Source: an uncultured Pontibacter sp. (GTDB lineage: Bacteria; Bacteroidota; Bacteroidia; Cytophagales; Hymenobacteraceae). Taken from it: 64,000 bases of DNA. Location of the stretch: assembly GCA_947499125.1 (NCBI GenBank), contig CANMMP010000006.1, positions 114,668 through 178,667 of the forward strand, written 5' to 3'. Shown piece by piece: positions 1 to 7,310 of this stretch. Positions within the stretch are counted from its first letter, which is position 1. Each line of letters begins with the position of its first letter. The translations under genes were made by a program, and so were the position numbers. The notes below the pieces were generated by a model, which did not search any database, was not told the origin of the DNA, and worked only from the letters and a program-made list of their open reading frames with translations.

Positions 1-1847
1 AAATCTGGTTTTATAGTTGGGCGCGGCGTTTTAAAATCGAACCAGAACGAAAGCGGTTCTTCCAGAGCTACGCCATGCATGTAGTTGTAAAGCGCTTTTG
101 CTAAACCAGCGCTGAACAAACTATGATCGGTACCTTTCGGGTCGTTGTGCCACAGGTCGTTGTTTGCAAAGTCTCCTTCTGGCGGACCTACTTTTACTAC
201 ACCATACTTTTCCGGGTTCTTCCCGATCGGGCTGTGGGCCGTCATACTGAAGCGGTGCCAGTAACCGGACTGTATCACGTTGTTCTCAAAAAGCTGGCGC
301 ACTACTTCCAGCGAATCTATAGTTTCCTGGGTGGTTTCGGTCGGGAAGCCATACATTAAATAAGCGTGTACCATAATACCGGCCTGTGTAAAGCTGTCGG
401 TAACGCGGGCAACCTGCGCAATCGTTACGCCTTTCTCCATCAGGGCCAGCAACCTGTCAGAGGCAACTTCTAAACCACCTGAAACAGCGATACAACCCGA
501 CGCAGCCAGCAAACGGCACAGGTCAGGCGTAAATGTTTTCTCAAAACGAATATTTCCCCACCAGCTTATTTTCACACCACGGCGCAGCAGCTCAATGGCC
601 ATGTCGCGGAGCGGGGCAGGAGGTGCGGCTTCGTCTACAAAATGGAAACCTGTTTGTCCGGTCTGGGCTATTATCTGCTCAATTCTATCTACCAATAAAG
701 CAGCTGGGGCCACATCGTAACGGCGAATATAATCTAGAGTAATGTCGCAGAAAGAGCAGCGTTTCCAGTAGCAGCCGTGCGCCACAGTCAGTTTGTTCCA
801 GCGGCCATCGCTCCACAGGCGGTGCATTGGGTTCACCACATCAATCACCGAGAGGTAATCTTTTATTGGCAGTCCGCTATAGTCTGGGGTACCAACTTCG
901 GTGTGCGGCACATCAGGGTCGGTGCAGTTGTTAATGTAGGTTACCTGATCATCCTGAAGCATAAAGGTACGTTGCAGGTTGGCTGCTTCACGTTTGCCTT
1001 GCAGGTGTTCTATCAGTTTCAGCCACGGACCTTCGCCATCATCCAGCGTCACAAAATCAATATACTTGAACAGGCGCGGCTCGCGCAGGCTTCGGAGTTC
1101 GGTATTCGGGTAACCGCCGCCCATAGCTGTTTTTATAGTTGGGTAGTTGGTTTTAATGTGTTGCGCTAACCTTAAGCCACCGTACAAATTGCCCGGAAAT
1201 GGAATAGACAAACCAACTATAGTTGGCTGCACTTTCTGTAAATGCTCATCCAGTATCTCTAACAAAAACTGATCAACCAGATTTGGCTCTTGTTGCAGTT
1301 CTTCTTCCAATGGATCAAAGGAGGTGGCAGACATAGCCAGTTTTTCGGCGTAGCGGCTGAAAGCAAAGTATGGGCAAACGGTCTCCTTTATCAGGTCGCC
1401 AAGGTCTTCTAAGTATAAAGTTGCCAGGTAACGCGCGCGGTCGGTAATGCCCATGCTGCCAAAAGCCCACTCCAGGTCTTCCACCTGGTCAAAACGCGAA
1501 GCTTCAGGCAAATACCTGCTAAAGCTGATCTGCTGCGCTATAGTCAGGTCTTTGTTCTGCAGGAAACGGATCACCGGCTCAATCGTATTCAGGTACTCGC
1601 GCTTCAGCTTCAGTATCCGGAAGCTGTTATCAGAAAGCTCGTAGTCGCCAACTTCTATCGCAGCAAATATTTTCTTCAACCCTTCTTTGGAAAACATCCG
1701 CAACACCAGTTCAATGCCTAAATCAGCCTGCGCCACGTCATAGCCTTGAGCACGCAAAAAGCCGGTTAAGTAAGCCGTAGCCGGGTAAGGTGTGTTAAGC
1801 TGGGTAAGCGGAGGCGTTATGAGCAGTATAGTTGGCGTAGTTTCCAA
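1..1847 (-). CDS. B12-binding-domain radical SAM protein (3' end runs off the window; probable TTG start at 1847)
   Basis: Minus-strand frame is open from 1847 to the window edge; it is absent from the ORF track because there is no stop in the window. N-terminus ILLITPPLTQLNTPYPATAYLTGFLR looks like a B12-binding fold. Cys cluster GCYWKRCSFCD has its Cys codons at 771-773, 756-758 and 747-749. The + strand ORFs 123-1644 are antisense shadows. Confidence 0.75.
   Translation of the reverse strand, partial: METTPTILLITPPLTQLNTPYPATAYLTGFLRAQGYDVAQADLGIELVLRMFSKEGLKKIFAAIEVGDYELSDNSFRILKLKREYLNTIEPVIRFLQNKDLTIAQQISFSRYLPEASRFDQVEDLEWAFGSMGITDRARYLATLYLEDLGDLIKETVCPYFAFSRYAEKLAMSATSFDPLEEELQQEPNLVDQFLLEILDEHLQKVQPTIVGLSIPFPGNLYGGLRLAQHIKTNYPTIKTAMGGGYPNTELRSLREPRLFKYIDFVTLDDGEGPWLKLIEHLQGKREAANLQRTFMLQDDQVTYINNCTDPDVPHTEVGTPDYSGLPIKDYLSVIDVVNPMHRLWSDGRWNKLTVAHGCYWKRCSFCDITLDYIRRYDVAPAALLVDRIEQIIAQTGQTGFHFVDEAAPPAPLRDMAIELLRRGVKISWWGNIRFEKTFTPDLCRLLAASGCIAVSGGLEVASDRLLALMEKGVTIAQVARVTDSFTQAGIMVHAYLMYGFPTETTQETIDSLEVVRQLFENNVIQSGYWHRFSMTAHSPIGKNPEKYGVVKVGPPEGDFANNDLWHNDPKGTDHSLFSAGLAKALYNYMHGVALEEPLSFWFDFKTPRPTIKPD
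1215..1224. repeat. Perfect 10-bp palindrome AACTATAGTT (inside 14-bp palindrome CCAACTATAGTTGG, 1213-1226)
   Basis: Read directly from the sequence; it is the double form of the window-wide AASTATA motif. Confidence 0.95.
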
Positions 1848-1958
1848 AGTATAAATCTTAAAGTATAGGTCTGCACCGCAAAAGTACAGATTTTATGGCA
1901 CAGTGCTTTAGCAACAGCTATAGGTAGCGGCAGGTTCAGAAAAGTATGAAAGGAGAGA

Positions 1959-2186
1959 TTAGCGTCCGGCAGCTTTATTTACCGCATAACTTACAGCAGG
2001 CACAATGCCGATTACTATTACCGATATCATAAAGAAGATAACAAAGAAGGAATTTAGCCAGCGACCAAAAAAGTCTGATGGAATGCCAAAAGTATAAAGC
2101 TCCAGTGCAGACGCAAGCAATATACTGATAATCAGGATCACCAGCAGTTTGGTTTTAAGTTGAGTAGAAATGAGCGCCTTCTTCAT
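1959..2186 (-). CDS. Small two-TM membrane protein (possibly DUF2798-like)
   Basis: 75-aa ORF with two hydrophobic spans (LLVILIISILLASAL; FFVIFFMISVIVIGIVPAV). The family assignment is from memory only. Confidence 0.45.
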   Translation of the reverse strand: MKKALISTQLKTKLLVILIISILLASALELYTFGIPSDFFGRWLNSFFVIFFMISVIVIGIVPAVSYAVNKAAGR

Positions 2187-2223
2187 GGGTTGGTAAAACT
2201 ATAGCTGCAAAGGTACAACCCGT

Positions 2224-2233
2224 AACTATAGTT
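2224..2233. repeat. Perfect 10-bp palindrome AACTATAGTT
   Basis: Read directly from the sequence; intergenic. Confidence 0.95.
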
Positions 2234-2240
2234 CAGCAAC

Positions 2241-2432
2241 TTATGAGTGGCCTTTTTGTGCTTCTTCGTCTTCGCGCTGCTGGCTGCTTTTGCTTGTATT
2301 GGTTTTTGCCTGTGGTGGAGCAGTTTGCTTATGCTGCTTTACTTTCCCGATATCAGATGAGTCGTCTTTACTCGTTTCTTTGCGCGGATCTACTGGTTTG
2401 TTCTGTTTCATAGCTGTGGTTTTTGTTAACAT
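2241..2432 (-). CDS. Hypothetical small hydrophilic K/Q/S/T-rich protein
   Basis: 63-aa ORF with no hydrophobic segment and low complexity. Coding status is uncertain. Confidence 0.3.
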   Translation of the reverse strand: MLTKTTAMKQNKPVDPRKETSKDDSSDIGKVKQHKQTAPPQAKTNTSKSSQQREDEEAQKGHS

Positions 2433-2524
2433 GTTTTACGTGGAACAGTTACTGCCGGCCACTACTTTTAACTATAAAAGACCCATAAGCGTAGAAAAGG
2501 TATGTTAAACTGAACTTAAGAACT

Positions 2525-2791
2525 ATGAATAATAAACAAATTAAAGCGATAGCACTGGCGGCTTTTTTTGCCGGAGGCCTTACCATCACTGCCTGCGACA
2601 CCGGCCAGAAACCAGGCGATGTAAACACCGAAGACAGCGAGCATATTGATGAAGGATCTTTAAATGAAGGCTATACTTCGGATGAATATCCCGCTGATCA
2701 GGACACTGCCAACCTGGAAGATAAATATTATGATGATGCCGAAGGCGCTGTGCATGCCGGCGATGGCCAGCGGGATAGTGTTGATAGGTAA
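2525..2791 (+). CDS. Small acidic lipoprotein
   Basis: Signal peptide plus lipobox (GGLTITAC), then a D/E-rich mature part. It is followed by a perfect 16-bp-stem terminator. Confidence 0.55.
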   Translation: MNNKQIKAIALAAFFAGGLTITACDTGQKPGDVNTEDSEHIDEGSLNEGYTSDEYPADQDTANLEDKYYDDAEGAVHAGDGQRDSVDR

Positions 2792-2812
2792 AGAATAAAT
2801 AGATATAATGTA

Positions 2813-2850
2813 AAAAGGGGAAGTATAAGTCGGTTTATACTTCCCCTTTT
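2813..2850 (+). terminator. Intrinsic terminator whose stem arms contain the AAGTATAA/TTATACTT motif
   Basis: AAAAGGGGAAGTATAA (2813-2828), loop gtcggt, TTATACTTCCCCTTTT (2835-2850). This is a perfect 16-bp stem ending in a T run, 22 nt after the stop of 2525-2791. Confidence 0.8.
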
Positions 2851-3300
2851 GGTTTTATAATAGCTGTGCTGATTTATAGTTTAATTCTTATTGTCCAGAT
2901 CCTATATCTTCTCATTTGTCATTTCGAGCGTTAGTCGAGAAATCTTATATGTCCTATAGTTTAAGACCTGGCAGTGTGCGCAGCTCCTGCTAGTGTCTGA
3001 TATTCTATAGTTGAGGCAATCTTCAACTTGAACCAAGCTATACTTTCATAGCTACTTCTTATCCTGGGAGCTTTACTTGCCTATCGTTTTATAGTTGGCT
3101 TGGCTCGCTCAAGGCCGTGAGGCCTCGCCTTCGGGCATCGCGCTGCTGCTTTCTTGCTATCCTCGTGCCTCGGATTGCCTGCGGCACCGCAACAAATCAA
3201 AGGCGCTCAACCCAAAGACTGATATCTTTCGATAGCTACAGTTAATGCTTTTTGAGATTCAATAGTTGCTTCGACCTTTCTCGTGGCTATACTTCCGTAG

Positions 3301-3320
3301 GGACAGGTCGCGACCTGTCC
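3301..3320. repeat. Perfect 20-bp GC-rich palindrome GGACAGGTCGCGACCTGTCC
   Basis: Self-complementary when read directly from the sequence. Confidence 0.95.
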
Positions 3321-3333
3321 GCTCTCAGACTGT

Positions 3334-3349
3334 AACTATAAAACTATAA
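3334..3349. repeat. Head-to-tail dimer AACTATAA-AACTATAA
   Basis: Exact tandem copy read from the sequence. A second near-dimer AACTATAA-AACTATAG lies at 3412-3427. Confidence 0.95.
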
Positions 3350-3447
3350 CTAGTGAGAAAGCAGTAACAGAAACTGTCCCCTTGAGGGGACTACAGGGGT
3401 GTTAAAACGCCAACTATAAAACTATAGCTATAACTGCAGCAGAAATT

Positions 3448-3475
3448 CCCCTCCTCGGAGGGGCAGGGGTGGGTT
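3448..3475. repeat. Hairpin plus G-tract module CCCCTCCTCGGAGGGGCAGGGGTGGGTT
   Basis: Near-identical copy at 7031-7057 (CCCCTTCCTGGAGGGGTAGGGGTGGGT). Related G-tract tails lie at 3394-3405 and 3585-3600. Confidence 0.85.
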
Positions 3476-3621
3476 AAAAGCCTGCCACAGTAAACATCCC
3501 CCTACCCCCTTCAAAGGGGGACTTTGTTCGTGTCTAATGCCCCACCTTAGACAAGTCGCAGATCCCGAACTTGCTTCGGGAGAAGGGTTAGGGGTGGGTT
3601 AACACCACCTCTGCTCACAGC

Positions 3622-4707
3622 CTAATTAAAAACAAACCCATTCGGGGCAATCCCGGTCCTGAATTCTTTTATCTTCTCGCCTGCCGGGCTGTAGATGAAT
3701 ACAGTGCCATCACCGGAGAAGCCGTTCTCATCGGAGCCATAGATGTTGCCGGTTTCTGGGTCTACTGCCATGCCATAAAAGCTACGATCAATAATAACCT
3801 TGCTGTCAAGTTGGCCATTGCTGATAGGGTACTCGTAAGTTTTATCCTGGTAGTTATAGTATAGTTTGTCGCCGGTGCCGTTTATGGCCAGGTTTGACGG
3901 AATGCTTTGGTTGCTCGGGAAAGTTATTATCTGCATACCTTTAAGCGGGTCGCTGAAGTTTGATAGGGAGCCGGCAGTTGTTTTCGTGTAATCTATCGCA
4001 GACCAGTCGTCGTTATAAACTACTTTGCCCGCACTTAATAGCCAGATACTGCCGTTTTCAGCTATTACAAATTCTGATGGCCCGTCAGGTACCTGGATAG
4101 TATTCTCAATTGCATCGGTAGCTGTATTGATAACCGAAACCGTGTTGCCGCCACTGTTTGCCACATACAGTTTTCCGTCAGAGATAAGAAGTTGCTCCGG
4201 CATAGAGCCAACGGTTATGGTTTTGGTTATGGTATAGTTTTCTAAATCTATAACGGATACCTGCCCCATGCTGCCATAAGCTACCCACTCTGTTACATAG
4301 CCTTTGTTTTCATTCAGGGCTGCAAAGTGGCGCGGCTGCTTCAAGTCCTGCACCACACCCACCGATTCAAATGTTTTGTGGTTTACTATCTCCAGTTTAT
4401 TACTGTTGTTGGCAACTATAAAAGCACGTTCACCATGTATTTGCATCGATTGCAGCACATCGCCCAACAGTTGGTCATCGTTGCTCTTACTGAAAATATC
4501 ATTCACCACCTGCCCGCTGCCTTTATGGTAGAAAGAAATAGTACCGTTTGGCGTACCGAAATTACCTTCGTTCAGGATAAAAACACCTTTATCAGCATAC
4601 GATATAGAGCCTTCGTTTTCAGTTGAGCTGTCGCAGCTGGTGAAGGTTAGGGTGCTTGCAAAAAGCAGGGCAGCTGTGTAAAAGCTGTGGAGTAAGGTAC
4701 GTTTCAT
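3622..4707 (-). CDS. Lipoprotein, YncE/YVTN-type beta-propeller (candidate BtuG-like surface B12-capture protein)
   Basis: 361 aa with signal peptide plus lipobox (LTFTSC) followed by acidic residues (CDSSTENE). Repeated beta-propeller-like blades. It lies immediately downstream of, and is co-oriented with, the riboswitch-controlled btuB-like receptor. Confidence 0.7.
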   Translation of the reverse strand: MKRTLLHSFYTAALLFASTLTFTSCDSSTENEGSISYADKGVFILNEGNFGTPNGTISFYHKGSGQVVNDIFSKSNDDQLLGDVLQSMQIHGERAFIVANNSNKLEIVNHKTFESVGVVQDLKQPRHFAALNENKGYVTEWVAYGSMGQVSVIDLENYTITKTITVGSMPEQLLISDGKLYVANSGGNTVSVINTATDAIENTIQVPDGPSEFVIAENGSIWLLSAGKVVYNDDWSAIDYTKTTAGSLSNFSDPLKGMQIITFPSNQSIPSNLAINGTGDKLYYNYQDKTYEYPISNGQLDSKVIIDRSFYGMAVDPETGNIYGSDENGFSGDGTVFIYSPAGEKIKEFRTGIAPNGFVFN

Positions 4708-4731
4708 TTTTATAGTTTTAGATATTTATAG

Positions 4732-6633
4732 TTAAGGAATAAGAAATCGTAAGCTGAAAGTATAACCACGAGATGGCATAGCCCGGTAAGCCATGGTTTG
4801 GTACACCTGGTTGGTAATGTTATCGGAGCGGAGACTAAGTATAAACCTGCCAGGGCCGAGGTCAAATTTCCTGCTTAGTGCAGCATTTACAAGTATAAAG
4901 CTATCCAGGTGGTGCGATTCGGAGTTGTTGGTGTAGCGCAGGCCGGTATAGTTTAAAGTAGTGTGCAGTTGCCAGTTTTTATAGGTTATACCTGCTGCTG
5001 CTACGGCTTTGTGCAAGGGCACATACATCAGTTGCTTCCCTTTGTCGCCGTTGCCTTCGTAAACTTCTGCCTGCTCCGACGAAGTATAAGTATAGCCCGC
5101 CGAACCTGTAAGTTTATAGTTGCCTATAGTTGCCGTTAGCTGCTGACTTAGCTCAAATCCCATGGTTTGTACCTTCTGCAGGTTAACTGGCCTCCAGCGG
5201 TCGGTGGCATCTGGCGCCCACTGTATCCAGTCATCGATCAGCATGTGGTAAGCAGTTGCTTCAGTTTCAAGTATAAAGTTGTTTCCAACTATAAACAGGT
5301 GGCGTAGGCCGGCTTCTTCACTCCAGCCTTGCTCGGGTTTCAGGTCAGGGTTGCCGGCGTTTACCCAGAAGCGGTCGTTTAAGGTGGGCACACGGTAGCT
5401 ACCCGATACATTTCCTTTTAAGTATAAATGGTGCTGCTCGTGCTGGTAAAATCTCCAGTTAAAACCGAGTGCAGGTGTAGGAGTGGGGGTATAGTCTTCA
5501 ACTAAAGCCTGGCGTAAGTTAAGGCTCAGGTCCAGGTTAGGAGTAGGGTCGTAGCGGAAAAGTGCGAACAGAGCTGCCCGATTCTCCTGCTTAGTGCCCG
5601 CGTATCCATTGTTCTCAGCTATAAAATGTTGCAGGTTTATGCCGCCACGCAAGCTCCAGTTATTTACTTTGGTATAAGTTTGCTCGGCTTGTAGTTGGTA
5701 AGTCTGCACATCAGCAACAGCGTTGGTATCTGCGCCAGAGTAGTTCAGGTAATCGTTAAAGTAAGCCAGCTTTACATCGGTTTTGCCAAAATTACTTTCG
5801 TGTTCGAGTTGGGTCATCAGGCGCAGGTTTTTGTCCAGCTGCCCGGCTATAGTTGCGGAGCCCATGGCAGGTTGCAGTTCGCGGTCGGCAAAAGTATACC
5901 AGCCATGCAGGCCAATTTTTGTGTTGGATGACAGGTTATAGTTCAGGTCCTGGGTAAAACCATATTGGTGCTGGGCAGCGTGTTCTTCAGTAGTTTCAGG
6001 TCTGCCGCGTTTCGACATATCCTGGTAAGTAAAATTGTTTTCTGCTTTGCGCAGGTAAGTACCCAACCCGATAGTCAGTTTATCGCTGCCGAAACGAATG
6101 CGGCCATTACTGAAGTAGCGTCCAAAACTACCGGCCTCTTGCTGCAGGTCCAGGCCAAAACCTTTGCCGTTATACTTATGTGAGTTTAAAAGTACAGCCC
6201 CGCCAATTGCTCCGCTGCCGTATGTAGCCGCTGCCGAGCCGCTCTGCACCGATACTTCACCAAAGCCGCTAAGCGGTAACGTCGAAAAATCAGATTGTCC
6301 TAAGGTTGGTAAGCCAATGTTCAGCCCGTTCCATAAAACTGCTGTTTGCGATGCGTTTGTGCCCCTGAACGAAACGCTGGAAAGTCCGCTTACGCCATAG
6401 CTTTTAAAGTAAACCGGGGTGTGGGCCTGCAGGGCATCGGCTAATGAGCTGCTATTGTAGGTTCGTCGGTAGGCGCTGTCTATAGTTGTAACACGGCTGC
6501 CAGCTGCATAAACTTCGGCGGGTTTGCCAAATACTTCCACACTGCGCAACTGGTAAGCTGCGGTGTCTTGCTGCGCCACGGCGGGCACGGCAACTATAGC
6601 CAACATTAAAAATAAGAAGATACGGTTTGCCAC
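4732..6633 (-). CDS. btuB: TonB-dependent receptor, BtuB-like (vitamin B12 transporter), GTG start
   Basis: 633 aa with a signal peptide, a plug region (VEVFGKP...RVTTID, SFRG) and the C-terminal beta-barrel terminus YTFSLRFLIP. A cobalamin riboswitch lies directly upstream. Confidence 0.8.
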   Translation of the reverse strand: MANRIFLFLMLAIVAVPAVAQQDTAAYQLRSVEVFGKPAEVYAAGSRVTTIDSAYRRTYNSSSLADALQAHTPVYFKSYGVSGLSSVSFRGTNASQTAVLWNGLNIGLPTLGQSDFSTLPLSGFGEVSVQSGSAAATYGSGAIGGAVLLNSHKYNGKGFGLDLQQEAGSFGRYFSNGRIRFGSDKLTIGLGTYLRKAENNFTYQDMSKRGRPETTEEHAAQHQYGFTQDLNYNLSSNTKIGLHGWYTFADRELQPAMGSATIAGQLDKNLRLMTQLEHESNFGKTDVKLAYFNDYLNYSGADTNAVADVQTYQLQAEQTYTKVNNWSLRGGINLQHFIAENNGYAGTKQENRAALFALFRYDPTPNLDLSLNLRQALVEDYTPTPTPALGFNWRFYQHEQHHLYLKGNVSGSYRVPTLNDRFWVNAGNPDLKPEQGWSEEAGLRHLFIVGNNFILETEATAYHMLIDDWIQWAPDATDRWRPVNLQKVQTMGFELSQQLTATIGNYKLTGSAGYTYTSSEQAEVYEGNGDKGKQLMYVPLHKAVAAAGITYKNWQLHTTLNYTGLRYTNNSESHHLDSFILVNAALSRKFDLGPGRFILSLRSDNITNQVYQTMAYRAMPSRGYTFSLRFLIP

Positions 6634-6671
6634 CTTAAAATGCTTTTATCCCGAAGCATGCAAGTGGGCAG

Positions 6672-6896
6672 AAAGTGATCAGTAGGAGCCAGGAAAGGCA
6701 GAAACTGTGCAGCTTTTTACCCGAAAGCATACGACAAATTATTGTCCGGACTGGCAGGTCTCCTGGCTCTCTTCAGTTAGTCTGCCTTCCCATACGGTTT
6801 GTGTACAGTGGCTTTGGTGTTAGACTAACCCCTTTTATGAAGAATACAGTTGCGGGAACAGCACAGGTATCACACCTGTTTCCCTTTTAAGGCCAA
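6672..6896 (-). promoter_or_regulatory. Cobalamin (B12) riboswitch
   Basis: The minus strand reads AAAAGGGAAACAGGTGTGATACCTGTGCTGTTCCCGCAACTGTA ... AAGCCACTG ... TATGGGAAGGC ... and a B12 box AGCCAGGAGACCTGCC (+ coordinates 6753-6768). Downstream CTGCCTTTCCTGGCTC can pair with the B12 box region as an expression platform. The 3' boundary is approximate. Confidence 0.92.
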
Positions 6897-6924
6897 AACT
6901 ATAGGCTATAGTTTCAGCCACCAA
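6894..6924 (-). promoter_or_regulatory. Bacteroidota-type promoter for the riboswitch-btuB operon
   Basis: The minus strand reads TTG (6922-6924), a 20-nt spacer, then TAGTTTTG (6894-6901), matching TTG/TAnnTTTG. It sits just upstream of the riboswitch 5' end. Confidence 0.5.
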
Positions 6925-7260
6925 TCGGGTGTAAAAGTAATGAATATTTTATAATGATGATTAAATAATGATTTTTAGTGATGAATTGCTCAATAAAGAC
7001 CTATAGTTGATTTGCAGTAATTGGCTAATTCCCCTTCCTGGAGGGGTAGGGGTGGGTTTTACAGTTTGGATTTATAGTTTCCTATAGTTGGGAAGATTTA
7101 TAGTTCAGAAAATTCATAGTTTATCGGATAGGGCGTGCCGGCAAGCCGTCGGGCTCTCGCGGCTCGTTCCGAATCAGGTCCGGGATCTTTGACTTTATAG
7201 TTCGTGCCTCACCAATAGAGCTCAAACACCCGCTCCATCCCTCACGCATACTATAAACTA
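6897..7260. repeat. ORF-free repeat island between divergent genes (phased motif array plus hairpin/G-tract module)
   Basis: About 7 motif cores in 365 bp. The array is TTTATAGTT (7071-7079), CTATAGTT (7082-7089), TTTATAGTT (7097-7105) and a degenerate ATAGTT (~7116-7121). The module at 7031-7057 is a copy of 3448-3475. Confidence 0.8.
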
Positions 7261-7310
7261 ACCTTTGCCGGCAATTAACGAATAACGAACAACTATCAAC
7301 CTATAAAAAT

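Larger units (their letters stand above)
2851..3620. repeat. ORF-free repeat island between convergent genes (motif array plus short GC-rich hairpin modules)
   Basis: 770 bp with no ORF of 60 aa or more. About 10 AASTATA/TATASTT cores, TATASTT-oriented on + up to ~3297 and AACTATA-oriented from 3334. Contains palindromes and hairpin modules (2918-2945, 3301-3320, 3376-3391, 3448-3475, 3505-3520, 3564-3600). Confidence 0.8.

Noticed and set aside
123-1644. Small + strand ORFs (123-359, 533-742, 777-1169, 1447-1644).
   Set aside because: They are antisense to one continuous minus-strand radical SAM reading frame with recognisable motifs, and their translations have no family resemblance.
7071-7122. 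CRISPR array hypothesis for the closely spaced repeats (also 3334-3435).
   Set aside because: The repeat unit is only 8-9 bp with 3-8 nt between copies (11-15 nt start to start), far from the 24-48 bp repeats and 26-72 bp spacers of CRISPR. There are no cas genes in the window.
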